A stretch of DNA of 64,000 bases from the human T2T-CHM13v2.0 reference genome, Homo sapiens. The position numbers were made by a program, and so were the translations under genes. The stretch lies in NCBI RefSeq assembly GCF_009914755.1, contig NC_060934.1. One strand, given 5' to 3'. Shown here one piece after another: positions 16,936 to 31,838 of the stretch. The notes below the pieces were generated by a model. That model worked only from the letters and a program-made list of their open reading frames with translations. It made no database searches and was not told where the DNA came from. How positions within the stretch are numbered: the stretch's first letter is position 1; every line of letters begins with the position of its first letter.

Positions 16936-17899
16936 CTCCTATGAAATTTTTTTCTAGCCTCTGACATTAACATTTAAATATATTCTTTTATTAGGTCAAA
17001 GGGGGGAAAAAGGCAATCCTTTGATTTCTGGCTTTCGAGGATTTTGTTTGTTGTTTGTTTTTGGTGACAAGAAAGGTACTATGAAATTACATTCTATTCT
17101 AGAGGAAGCCAAAACAAAAAGAGAAGCCTCTGTTGGAAACAGCATATAACAGTGAAAAGTAAACTAATAAGCAAGCCAATCCTTGTTTTTATTCATTATT
17201 TTAAAAAGAAAAAAAAACCCCAACATGGGCACAACTAACTGGATAACAGATTTCCTACAGAAACATTTATTAATGAGAAAAAAAGACATCATTACTAACT
17301 TCCCTGGGAAGATTTTAAGAGACTCCAAACATTTGAAACTTTCCTTCAAAATCTTTTTATTTTTGAGAAGGAAAGCAAAATTATTTCATGTATCACATTT
17401 ACCTCTTCCTCTAACCCAATTCCACAACGCACCCCCAAAATATCTGGGTAAAAGTCTCATCCTATGTGTTCTTACAGTATCTGCATTTAATCATAACACT
17501 TACCAATGAGTATTCGATCAATTTACCTGTCTGCTTTACTCACTAGCCTGTCAACTCAAAGTCAGGACCGTGTTTAACTCCTAACACAGTGCCTGGCACT
17601 CCAGAGGAACTCAAATGCTTGCTGAATATTTATTACCATCATCAATGTACAGCATCTTTCTAAAGCCTCCCTCACCCTTTTAAATATACTTTTGCCATTC
17701 CTATGAGAAACAGAGGTGGACAACTCTGAACAAGTATTACTTCTTTCATACTGTATCAACAGAAAAAACATATTTAGGTAGTGAGATAACAGCACATCAC
17801 GTTGTAGAAAGTCACTTTGTATCTCCCTGAACTTCAGCCTCCCCAGCAAAATGACTACTTAGGCAAAAGCTCTGAGAATTAGAAGTCATCATATAAAGT

Positions 17900-18465
17900 T
17901 ACTATTAACATCTGAGAGCTTACAATGAGTCAGGTTCTAACCATTTTTTATATATTATTGTATTTAATCATCACAAAACCCCGTGCACGGTACTATTAGT
18001 TTTTTGTTTTTGAGACAGAGTCTTGCTCTGTCACCCAGGCTGGAGTGCAGTGGCGCAACCTCGGCTCACTGCAACCTCGGCTCACTGCAACCTCCGCCTC
18101 CCAGGTTCAAGCAATTCTCGTGCCTCAGCCTCCCAAGTAGCTGGGATTACAGGCATGTGCTACCATGCCCGGCTAATTTTTTATTTTTAGTAGAGACAGG
18201 GTTTCACCATGTTGGCCAGGCTGGTCTTCAACTCCTGACCTCAGGAGATTCGCCCACTTCGGCCTCCCAAAATGCTAGGATTACAGGCGTGAGCCACTGC
18301 GCCCAGCCCACACTGTACTATTATTAGTCCCATTTTATAGATGAGAAAACTGAGACACAGAGAGGTTAAATAACTTGCCTGTAACTCCACAGCTAGTAAG
18401 ATGAAGCTGAGACGCAAATGCAAATAGACTTGGTTCCAGAGACCTGCTCTTAACCACTGTACTAT
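17900..18465. mobile_element. MIR interrupted by an antisense Alu (18000-18308)
   Basis: MIR core cccattttatagatgagaaaactgagacacagagaggttaaataacttgcc; the Alu has a 16-bp internal tandem duplication at 18055-18086. Confidence 0.85.
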
Positions 18466-19295
18466 ATACTCAAGGAGCAGAGGAACCAAAATAAATACAA
18501 GGTAGGCTACATCTGGAAAAACCAAAGGTGAATACAGCGGCAGAGAGTTCAGGTCAGGAAGCCATGGTGGAAAAAACAGGAAATCTACAAAGACCTGATG
18601 AGATGCTTATCATATAGTGGGCAATGAATAAATAGCTACTTAACACAAGGGAAACAAATCACTCAGATTCAGAATTCAAGAGAATACAAGTGGATAAACC
18701 TTATTCAAAAGTAACAATTGTATCTAACAAATCTACAGATAGGGAATGTTAATAGTTAATAAAATCAAGTTATAAACTTGTCCAGATAATTATGAGCCAG
18801 TGCATTCTCAGTGAACTTGTCGGGGACCCAGAGAGTACTATCTGCTTTCAGGTCATTACTGGCAACTTGCTCATCAAATCCCTATCTCAAAAGAAATCCC
18901 AGCTGGCCCATCATTCTGCTGATCTTTGCCTACCAACAATTTCTAACCATGGCTTCTCATCCAATCTGTTTAACAATGATTGTCCCAAGTACAACCTACC
19001 ATGTATTTAATTGCTTTCCTGTCCTCACACCTCCCTAGGTACCCACGACCTACCCCTACGCCATCTTTCTCCTTAAATATGTGTATTTATTGGTAACTCT
19101 GCCACATTCATATCCTTGTCCAGGACAAGTCCCACCAGCTACTACATGCAGTCTCCTCCAAAATGGTACAGAGCACTTGGGTAAAGATAAAAGGAAATCA
19201 TCGCCAGGTGATACTGACATAAATTACAAAGGTTGCATAGAAGAAGAAAGAGATTATGATAGAAACCTTGTATTCTAACACTTGCTGGAAGTCTA

Positions 19296-19697
<402 letters not shown>

Positions 19698-20479
19698 GAA
19701 GACAACGACAGAGGACACAATTAGCAGCTGATACCTGTATTGTGCTTAACAACTCCTAGTACCTATTTTGCACAAGAAGAAATGGAGGCTTGGAAAGGTT
19801 AGGTAACTTGCCAAAAGTCACACAGCAAGAAAGTGGCAGAGCCTAGAATTCAATCTAGGACTGTCTGATTCTAAAGATTATACTCTTACCATATTACAGA
19901 GAAGGGAACTATTATCCTGAACGCAGTTCCAAACAGTAAAGCAGGATGAAGAAGGGACTGAAATTTTGAGAAAAGAAGAGAAATTTCAGGAAGCAAACGA
20001 TTTCATCTTAGAACTGCAAATAGTAATAAAACAGAACAAAAGTAATAGATGCATGTATCCTAAACGTCAGGAAAACAGACTTCATCTTTTTCTTTTCCTT
20101 AAGGTTAGGTACCACTTAAAAAACAATAGATTTTGAAAAACTCTGAGTATCAGCCTATTATTAAGAGACTGTGTAACTAAGGATATACAAGAGAAGAGAC
20201 AGAACTCACGAGAACAGCATGAGAAAGATAAAAGTCCAGGATAAGTAACTTTAAGACCAAAACAAAATAAAAACTAAGGCCCTAAAAAGAACTTTTAAAG
20301 TCATACTCAGAAAAAAAATAATGAATGAATGAACCTGCATTGCTTAGGAAAGACCAGAAAATATTAACTGATGATATTAAAACAGAGGTACTTCTATTTA
20401 CTACCATCTTCCACAAATATGATCCTCAAAACAGAACAACAGAATAAACATTGTTGAAAGGGACTTTAAGGTTTATGTG

Positions 20480-21330
20480 GATAGTACGATAGCAAAAGAA
20501 TGGCTTCAAATGAGCCCAAGTTTCTAGTTACTAAGGAGGATTACGTTCCAGGGATAAAAATCTCACAGCTACTGTAGGTTACTTTTAAAAGCCAAAGAGA
20601 ACAAAGGTAATAGAAGACACTAATGTTATTTACATTTTCAAAATGGGAAAAGGGATAGATTATGGAAATAAGTATACCAAAATTTTATTAAGTAAAGACT
20701 ATGGTTGAACTAACCTCATTTCCTGTTTGGATATGGTTATTCAACTGGTACTTTGGGCAAATACTAGAGTCATGCACCATCACTTGATAAAAGGATTCAA
20801 GTTTTTCATCATTTTCTTGTGAGTATGTTGACAAACTAAGGACTAGCCAATCGTATAGGTAAGAGGCTCTGAAGTTGGCTGAATACCCAAACAGTGTGAT
20901 TGAAATAACTGCCAACAATCTTATTCATTTTAGAAGATTAACCTAGGGACCATGACCCATTAAGCACTTTATAAATGGTTTAGAATCATATTTTTCAAAC
21001 TTCAAAACCTTTGACACTTTAATAGACTTATCAAATGTGCTGACAGCCAACTTACTAGATCCCCAGTATAAAACTCAAAATATGATTAAGAGCTAAAATG
21101 AACAAAATGGAATCTGCACTTTAAAGGTTTGCTCTCCAAAGTGCAAGTATGGAATGGGGCTTAAAGCTGGCGGCAAGAGATACAAAAAAGACCTGTATAT
21201 TCAAATTGCCCATGAATTCATGAATCGGTAACTTTCTATTAGTTAGAAAGCTAATGTAATCTTAAACTGTACTGATGAGACAGAAGTATGTCTCAATCAA
21301 AGAATGTAGTAAAATTGTGTTCTATGATCG
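20480..21330 (+). mobile_element. L3/CR1 LINE remnants
   Basis: CR1-like phrases such as gttgaactaacctcatttcc and aaagctaatgtaatcttaaactg...cagaagtatgtct; heavily diverged. Confidence 0.5.
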
Positions 21331-21589
21331 ATCCCTCTGGAAAACCACATGATGCTTACAACATGATGACCCTGTTCCTCTTTGTTGCAGTCATTTACAC
21401 AATTACAAGTGTTAATTCCCCTTCATTTTATGAAGATGTCAGTACCCAGTTCACTCTCTCTCACCAATACCATTACTGTTGTAATAAAACAGTACTGGTG
21501 GTTTCAAAGTCTGTAGCAGATAATCCCACTAAAATAACCTGGCCTCTCAGCTCCTTGACCAAATTTTCTGCGATCTTATTCTTTCTTCA

Positions 21590-21781
<192 letters not shown>

Positions 21782-21814
21782 TAACTGCATTGCTTCCATA
21801 ATCTCAATTTCAAG

Positions 21815-22189
21815 TAGAGATACTAATCAACTTACGATGGGGTTACTTCCTGATAAATGTTCTGTAAGTTGAAAATACCCTAAGCTGAAAATGCATCAAA
21901 CACATCTAACCTACCGAACACCATGGCTTAGCCTAGCCTACTTTAAATGTGCTCAGAACACGTACACTGATCTACAGTTCAGCAAAACCATCTAACACAA
22001 AGCCTATTTTATAATAAAGTGTTAAATATTTCATATAATTTATTGAATACTATACTGAAAGTGAAAAACAGAATGGTTGTACAGGTACTAGAAATATTTC
22101 TATTGAATATTTCTATTGAATGTGTATTGCTTTTGCACCATCGTAAAGTCGAACAATTTTAAGTTGTTCTAAGTCAGGGACTGTCTGTA
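21815..22189 (+). mobile_element. MER47A-like (TcMar-Tigger) element
   Basis: acttacgatggggttac...taacctaccgaac...gcttagcctagcctac...gcaccatcgtaaagtcgaa...gggactgtctgta. Confidence 0.85.
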
Positions 22190-23431
22190 TTCACCTTCTA
22201 TTACTCCGTCCAGTACCCTGATTCCAACAAATCTTTGACCCCACTGAGATCTACAACCCACTAATGTTACCACCTTTTTTCACTGCCCTTCAGCCTCCCT
22301 CATATCCTTCTTCCTGTAACTTAACCACCTTAGATCCCATGGTCCACCATTATAATCACTCCTTTGACTATATCCTCAATTCTCTTGTCCCCCACTTCCC
22401 TCTTTTGTACTCACCTAGCAAAACTCCAAATGGGCAAAAATTCAACTCTTTCAGCAGCTAACCTTGAGTGGACCCTTAATACTGCCTGGCAATACTCTCA
22501 CACTGCCTGAATCCATCCATTTCATGCCTTTTCCTAGAACCTCTTCCCCCTTCCTCATCTCCATGATGACTTTGCTCCCTGTATTAGACAATATGAAATT
22601 GATATAATGAGTACATACACATTTTCCCTCCCTCACCTCATCTATAAACCTTCTATAACTCCACTTTATCTCCTGTTACTAGGATGAGCATCTGTGCTCC
22701 TATGCTATCCTAATCCACCTATTTTTATACTGAATCCCAATTCTTTTAATGTGGTGAATGCCACAACACAGATTTTGCCTCAATCTAAGAAGCACTTTGT
22801 AACAACTACAGCTGTCAAAAAATGAAATAAATCGTATCACAAAGTAACAGCCATTCCTTTGATTAAACAGATTTCTACAGTAACTGGAAGTAACTCCAGA
22901 TAAACAATGAGCACTCTCTCAGCTTTAAAATTCAATGGTTTTAGAATATATAAAGTTATAAATATTCTTGTATAAGTTATAGTATTAACTGGAATGTACA
23001 TACTTTTCTCACCCTTGGCAACCCTTGTTAAATTCCTCAAGGGATAGGTAAGTCTTTGGGGAAGGAATAACAATGGAATGGAAGAATGATAGACTGCCAT
23101 TTTCCACTACTTTTTAGAAATGTGTCTAGCCCTTTTGTTTTCATTCTCATACTGTTCTCTTTCTAGAACTGCCACCTTGGAAACTCTCCTGGGAATATCT
23201 AACAGAAATGCATCTCTTAAGAATAAGTGTGTAACATAGTTCTCATAATAACCTTAATTAGGTACTGTATATAATTAGATCATGGAATTTGAGCAATAGA
23301 ATATTTACTAATTGTGTTTGACCTTTTTATTATTTAAACAACTTTCTTCTGCAATTAACTTAGAAGAAAGGGGCATTAAAATGAAAAAAGGAAGCTGAGT
23401 AAGTAGAAAAGATCACAAACTTATTTACTTA

Positions 23432-23578
<147 letters not shown>

Positions 23579-23868
23579 CTATACAAATTAAAGGTAAATG
23601 AACATTTCTAACCTTTACAGATGCCATCATATAATATATTTAATCCTCAAAATAGTATACCTAGTATGCATAATTTGGTATCATTGAATCTTTGAAGTAG
23701 AAGGGATCACCATGCACAAATCCATTAGAATAAACTCCAGGAAAACAAGAATGGTCTTTAGTCTTTGCTGCATTCCCAGGGCCCAGTAATTACAATTATA
23801 ATTCCCAGTAATTATAATTAGCACTACTATGGCAGCCAAATATTGCTGAGTGATTTTTATTTTTTTAA

Positions 23869-24131
<263 letters not shown>

Positions 24132-25299
24132 TGCAACAGCTTTTCAACCATTCTTTCATTTAACAAATACTTATGGAATGTGAGATGACATGCTAGAATG
24201 ATAACCAAGAGATTCCCTCTCTGCTTTAGTGGAGCATAAATAATAGTGGGGCAGACATTAAAAAATTAAGTGACCAGAATTCTGACTCATGCAATTGAGT
24301 GCTATGAAAGTGCAATGAGAGAATATAGGAGGAGAACCTAAGTCTACGGGAAAGCAGAATATCAGGGAAACACCCTTGGAGAAAGAATATTTAAGAACTG
24401 AAAAATACGCAGCAACTAACTCATCATCACTCTCCCCAGTATTAGTCATGAAGGGTGAAAAAGGTTTCGTGTAGGAAAGTAGTCTAGGCACTGGGAGGAT
24501 ACTTAAAGATCCTAAGGCAGAAAGAACAGTGTAGCATTCAAGAAACCAATGGAAGTTGTTAAGTTGAAGTACAAGGAGCAAGGATCAAATGCAAATATCA
24601 AAACGGTTAAAAAGACATCATCTTATTCTGAAAACAGCTTTGATCTTCTGGACCCCAGAAATGATACTGGGGACTCCATGGACCACTCTCAGAGAACCAC
24701 TAATATAGTCTGAGAAGGAGCCAGGGGTATTGAACAAAAAAAAAAATCAGTGGTGTCCATGCAAGTCAAAAAATAATAATTTTCAAGGAGGGAGTGATTA
24801 TGTCAAATACAGTTGTGAGGCCAAGACAAAACTAAAAAGTACTCAATGACAAAGGTCAGATTGGAATGGATTGAAAAAGAATGGGAGGTAACCAAGTGGT
24901 GCAGAAAATCTGCTGTATGTCTAAGAAAGTTATTTTTTTTTTAAGACTTGTAAGACCTGAGGTAGTTTAAATGCTTGCAGGAACAATTTTAATAATCTAG
25001 GAGAAAGAGTAGGTATCCAAAAATAAGAGGCAAGGGGTTCTAGGTATTTGCAAGTATCTGCCTGCTCTCTAGTTTCTCCTAAAGGAAAGGAAGGAAGTTG
25101 GGCCCTAAAACACAAAACAATCATGACCCCAGAAAAAGCCCTTAACATTAGAAAACACTTCCTAAGTCTTAGCTGAAAAAGACCTACTGCCCTCCACATC
25201 CCCACTTCAAAGTCTGAAATAAAAGTAACAATGAACCAGACACTCCTAAAGCCATTCCCAATTCCCCTTTCCCTTGCTACCTCCCAATAAATAGGCCGG

Positions 25300-25676
25300 A
25301 AAGCCAAATACCTGTTAGCCTAGTCTCCCTGCAACTAGTAGTCACATGACCAAGCTCTGAATAATATGAAGTGGCGGTCTGTTCGAGGTCTCTGAGAAGG
25401 GTGTTGTTATCCTGATAAAAAGGACCATCTCAGCTAAAACTGCCCTTTCTCCTTCCTGGAATGAATGCCTGGAGCTGTAGCATCCATCTTGCAAATACGA
25501 CAAACAGGATGATGAAAAGCAACAGCTAAGGACGACAAAGTATAACAGAGTGAGGAACCGTGAAGGGCCTATATCCAGGCTTTTTGTTATGTGAGAAAAA
25601 CATCCTCTTATTTATTTAAGCCACTATTAGCTGTTGGTTTTTCCTCTAAAGCTGAAAGCATTACTGACAGATACAA
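25300..25676 (+). mobile_element. ERVL-class solo LTR remnant (LTR16/LTR33-like)
   Basis: gcctggagctgtagcatccatcttgc...ttgttatgtgagaaaa...tttaagccact...gctgaaagcatt...gataca. Confidence 0.6.
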
Positions 25677-26181
25677 GAAGCTGATCTCACTTTGGCATCA
25701 ATTTAAAATAGGCATCGATGTCTGATTATTCTTTAGTTGTGACATATGTGAACGTATCCTTTTCTCAGATGCTACTGAAACAATTAACATTCAATTCTAC
25801 AGGTGTGACTAAAAGAAATCTATTATTTTACTGCTGACACAAGATATATTCATGGTGAACAATTCTGAAAACAAACGTTAAGTACAATCAAAATAACAAT
25901 CGCCACCCAAAAACAAACCATACTAATAGTTTTTTCTATGCAAAAAGAAAGTAATTTTCCCTCATTTATCCAGCAGACATTCATTTAGTGACTATAAAGA
26001 TATGAGATATTGTAGATGAGTAACACAATTTTAGAAATAATTAGTACAGACTGTAGGGTTCAAAGAGTAATAGAGGATAAGGCCAGATAAAAACCTGAAT
26101 ACTAAGTTAAGTTATACACTTGGATCTAATATAAGTGATCAAGTAATGTCAAGAGAATTTTATATGTATCTACAAATATAC

Positions 26182-26376
<195 letters not shown>

Positions 26377-28443
26377 TAGAAAATAGTGCCCCTAAACCAT
26401 TTACCAAGAGATATGCCAGAAATAATGTAAACAGCTTCATAATAGTAAACAGTTTTAATAGTAAAGCCTGCCTTCAGAAGTACTTTATGAAGCTGCTTAC
26501 TCTAGTTATCAACTCCAAGCAAATATATAAACTACCACTACAACCGTACTAAAATAATATAAATGGCAACTATTAAAAGGTAACACACAAACATAAAAAT
26601 AATTGAGACTGGAGTGATTATCTTTCTAGAAGTTATTGTTAAATAAAAATTAAGTGCTTAGCATTAAGTTGACAAAACAGTCTTATCTTGATTGCAAAAC
26701 CAAATGATGATTTTGTAATACTAAGTAAGGCAAATGTTTTAATTAAAGATCTAGCCATAAATTACTGACTCTGGCTTCCTGGAATGAAAATCAAGACTCT
26801 GTGAAACACAAAAATTATTTCTAATGGTCTATAATTAAGGCATATCTCTATTTTTCAAATAAATTAAAGAAAAACTCATCTGGACATCTGTATTTTTCAA
26901 ACCTGGTTTTTAGCCTCGAAATGTACATTATGCAGCTTTTAATCCCATGTGTCTTCAAAGATCCCCCAAGTTTCAGATTTCAATATTACTAGTAACTCCA
27001 AGTCACAAGATGCATTCACGTCTGATTGATGCTTTAAGGGGACAAATCAAAAAGGAATAAGTTGATCTCAACTGCATACCTTAGGTTCCTTAAGGGAAGT
27101 GATTCCTGTTTGAGTATGCACCGACCAGACTGAAGACCAAATTTGGTTATGAAGGACACCCTTCTGGCAGGGATATGTCTTTCTCTGGAATTCTGAATAG
27201 CGGATCATTTCAGATCACTTGGGAGTGTATTATATTAGATTTTCCTTAGTTAAACACTATAGTGGGCTAACATTCCACAACTGTAAAGGTATGTGATGAT
27301 GGTTCCCTCCTCTCCTTCATTTTTCCCTCTTAAGGTAATCAAGAAGGTTCAAACACCAAATCATTCACTTGAAAAGCGAGAATGTTGTTTTGCTTAGGCA
27401 AGGAACTGGGCAAGATTATCTAATTAGTTTTATTCTCTTCTAATTTCTCGGAACTACCACAGCTTGTTTTTGGCAGCCTTTACGGTGTACCATATAAGGA
27501 ATAATGATTTGTAAAGATACTTAATGATGCAAATAACCATATTCTACTTTCATGATTCATAAATAGATAGATGTAATTTTTTTATTGATTTTTCTTCCTG
27601 GTGTTTTTAGCAAGCTCCTAATTTTTTCTACTGATTTTTTTCTGGTGTTTCCAGCAAGCTCATTTCAAAGACATAAACTGTTTCCCTGTCCTCCTTGCTT
27701 TGCGGTAACAAGTTCTCTAATTTAAAGCAAATAGTTTATATGTATATCGCTTAAAGACTTTCATAAAATAATTCATTTCATTCGATGTTACATTTATAGC
27801 ACTTCACCAAGCACTTAATTAAAAATAAATTCTGTATTAAAGGCTGTACAGCATACACAGAAACACTATGAAAGATTTGCCTGCCATGGTGTCATATTAA
27901 AATCACTGATTACATGAGTAGCAGGAAAAAAGTTTAGACAAAGTATTAAAAACTCAAGTTATAAGAAAATCAGAATCCTTAAAAATTACTTTCTCCATGA
28001 GCACTGATTATGCTTCTAACATCATAAACTACAATATTCTTTCAATTTTGATCTAAATAGAAGATTGTATACAAAATGTTCTTAAATCATGTTTTTAAAA
28101 ATTTAGTTTTAAATGCTGCATTGCAGCAATTCTCTCCTAAACTGTTCATTATGAATCAGGATTAGGAACCAGTAAAATGAAAAAACCAAACCGAGAAGAT
28201 TTTACCCACAGATTTTCCAATTCCGCTCCTCCTGGCTGCTCTTATAACCTTTTACAAAATGAAATAATTCATTTAAAAAACTGAACAAAAATATGAGACC
28301 TCAATAATTAATGTCGTTACTATATGCAAGAAACTAGTTTCTGAAAACAATGAACCAAAACATGTTGCCTTTCATTTTTTAAGGCTATGTTATTCAGTTG
28401 TAATGTATTTTTGCTTACACGTTAAAAAAAAAAAAAAAAACCA

Positions 28444-28748
<305 letters not shown>

Positions 28749-30437
28749 TCAAAAAAACAACCAACCAACCAAAAAACAACTAAAATGCTTATCAGCTTAC
28801 CTAAAGGTTAACTGTTCATTACGGATTCACAAACCAACAATGTATCCATTATTCCTAATATTACCATTTATATAGAGTACTGAAATTTTGAAACGGAACT
28901 TATAAGCAACTTTTTCCCAATGGAAACCTAGAATAAATGTATGTTTCCTTTGTTCATTTTCCTTTAGTTCTTTCTTCATAGTTCATGTCGTATTTGTGCC
29001 TCATCAAAGTTTACCTTCTAATCTTAGTACATTTTATGAATCCTAAATTTTAGCATTCCAACAAAAAGAATCATAGTGATAACTACAGATCTGTGTAAAC
29101 ACAAAATCTGAAGAAATAAGACATTCTTAAAACAAGTGTAAACGGAAAAATAGGTTTGATGTGCCAACCACTGCAGAAGCTGAGTACTGTAAACCACAAA
29201 AACTCTTAAGAAACTAATAGCCTCAAGTTTGACAACTAATCCAGGCCTTGCAAGCCTCCTGACTATATGTAAAATATACCATCCCAAAGGAAAAGGATTA
29301 CTGGGCTTAACTACTCCGCCTCTGCCGGGCTATGATGTCATTTACACACGAGTTTTTCTAGTGGACTTGTTAACAAAGAACTCGCCTGACAGTCTTTACA
29401 CAGTAATAGTTGGCAATTGTTAGTGGCCTAATGACTTGTTTGCCAAAGGCCTACCAAGGAGCTAAGACAATTCATTTTTTGGAGCTGAACTTTGGAGAAA
29501 CTTTCACATCAAAACCCTAAAGAACTTTAGTCTGTCTTCAGTGTCAATGCTTTCAATCATCCATGTCCCATCTCCTGTGACCTCTGCCCTATTTCCAAAT
29601 TAAATAGCCCCAATACAGTATTAACTATAGAATGACATTAGAGGAAAAATTAACATATTAAAATTTCATACCATGGTAACAATGTAGAAAGTTAGTTCTA
29701 CTACATAGCATTACCAACAAAGAGCAACATAATTTAGTCACTGTTTCGTATGCCATACTTTACAATTAATTTTTAATCTCCTTCAACTAGGAGTGCTATT
29801 TTCTCACACCTTTCAATGCCAGAGATCAGACCTTTAAAAACCCTCACATTCTGGTCTCACTGATAATGATCACTCAACTCTAGTTATGTTTTTCATTACA
29901 AAAAAACAGTATCTCACTATTCTTGGGATTACCAAACAACAATTTTCTTCAAAGATAGACCTTAACTGCAGAAGTATGAATCTAATACTGGTCAATTTTT
30001 ATCTTTTTTATAAGTTTGTTTTTATAACACTTTCTGTCTGATACAAAAACAAAAAGTTAATACTTTTTCCTAGGCTGTTATCCCATAAAACCTAGCAAGA
30101 ATGCGATTTGTCTTTCGGAGCACTTATCTGACCCAACCAAAGTCGGCTAGGTCTGCTAGATTAAACAAAACTGATCATCCTGTTTCAAAAAAAAAAAAGC
30201 TCAACTATTTCTTTCTACAATCATCGATTTGCTATTTGTAGTTGTTAACATGAAAAGTCTTTCATCACTCAAAAAGTGGTGGGTGAAAGTTGGAGGTATA
30301 GATAATATTTGTACCTCTTTTTGGTGCTTTTTCCTTCTCCCAGAGGGAAACAATACGGTTCAAGGACTGGTTATGTTTCCATAAAACTAAGCATCTTTAC
30401 TAAAGTACACTACGGCTTATCTCAGAGCTCAATGTCA

Positions 30438-31019
<582 letters not shown>

Positions 31020-31174
31020 TCAGTCTTGCAGGGAACGCGCCGGACCTGAGGGCTTGTGGTCGCGAGGGCCGTGAGAGGCAGCAGTCAGCTGCGCCGCGCT
31101 GCGCTTCCCCGGGTGGAGGCGGCCGGGGAGCCGGGACTTGAAGAGCCGGCGCCGGCAGCCGTTAACCCTAATGC

Positions 31175-31201
31175 TCACTTCCGATCCATCATGGCAGCCA
31201 T
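31175..31201 (-). other. Upstream ORF MAAMMDRK* in the KIF5B 5'UTR
   Basis: GCCGCCGCC-ATG-GCT GCC ATG ATG GAT CGG AAG TGA on the minus strand. Confidence 0.6.
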
Positions 31202-31222
31202 GGCGGCGGCGGCGGCGGCGGC
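31202..31222. repeat. (GGC)7 / (GCC)7 trinucleotide repeat in the 5'UTR
   Basis: ggcggcggcggcggcggcggc. Confidence 0.95.
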
Positions 31223-31447
31223 ACCGGGGAGAGCGTCCGCGGCTCCTCAGCGTCCCCCTTTACGGTCTGGGCGGACTGCGGGGGCTGGGGAGGTTCTGGG
31301 GACCGGGAGAGTGGCCACCTTCTTCCTCCTCGCGAAGAGCAGGCCGGGCCTACCCGTCCGCCCGCTCTGCCGTCCGCTGGCCGGCCGACTGCTGCCCGAT
31401 CACTCCTGAGGCCGCCGTTGGGCGACAGGGCGGTGCGGGAGGAGGAC

Positions 31448-31485
31448 TGCGCAGGCGCAGTGGGCCAGGCGGCCCGGCGACCAAT
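31448..31485. promoter_or_regulatory. NRF1 site (TGCGCAGGCGCA, 31448-31459) and CCAAT/NF-Y box (GACCAATC, 31479-31486)
   Basis: Consensus motif matches just upstream of the inferred TSS. Confidence 0.7.
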
Positions 31486-31746
31486 CGGTGCGCGCGCTCG
31501 CACCCTGCCGCGGCGGCCGGGCTGCTGTTTCCACCACCACTCCTGGCCCGGGGTCGCAGATTCAAATTTTACTGCACTGCCCCTGTCGCAGAAGTTCCTG
31601 GGGAGGCAGGGCGGCAGCTCCCACCCGCCATCCCAAGCCGCCGAAGAATTCCCCAGAGCTAAGGCAGACGCACTTAGCTTTCTTTTCTTTGAGGGAGAAG
31701 GGGTTTGCTTTAACTACTTAATGTCGTTTGTTTAAATAAATCACTA

Positions 31747-31838
31747 GGCTGGTCCCGTTGCGGTGGTGTTTGCAGCTAATTGATCACAGCCAGAGATTTG
31801 TTTCTTCTGCACTCGCACTGTGTCACTTGACTAGCTTT
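31747..31838 (+). pseudogene. Y3 RNA (RNY3)-derived retropseudogene
   Basis: GGCTGGTCC...GTGGTGTTTgCAgCTAATTGATCACA...CACTG...CACTTGACTAGCTTT resembles hY3 with a small internal deletion; A-rich tail follows. Confidence 0.88.

Noticed and set aside
27574-27661. Imperfect ~44-bp tandem duplication in intron 1
   Set aside because: Ordinary slippage-type duplication with no functional hint; likewise the short duplications near 7257-7292, 22094-22120 and 23783-23819.
31138-31735. Overlapping long ORFs in the CpG island
   Set aside because: Expected from stop-codon depletion in GC-rich DNA; low complexity and no recognisable domain.
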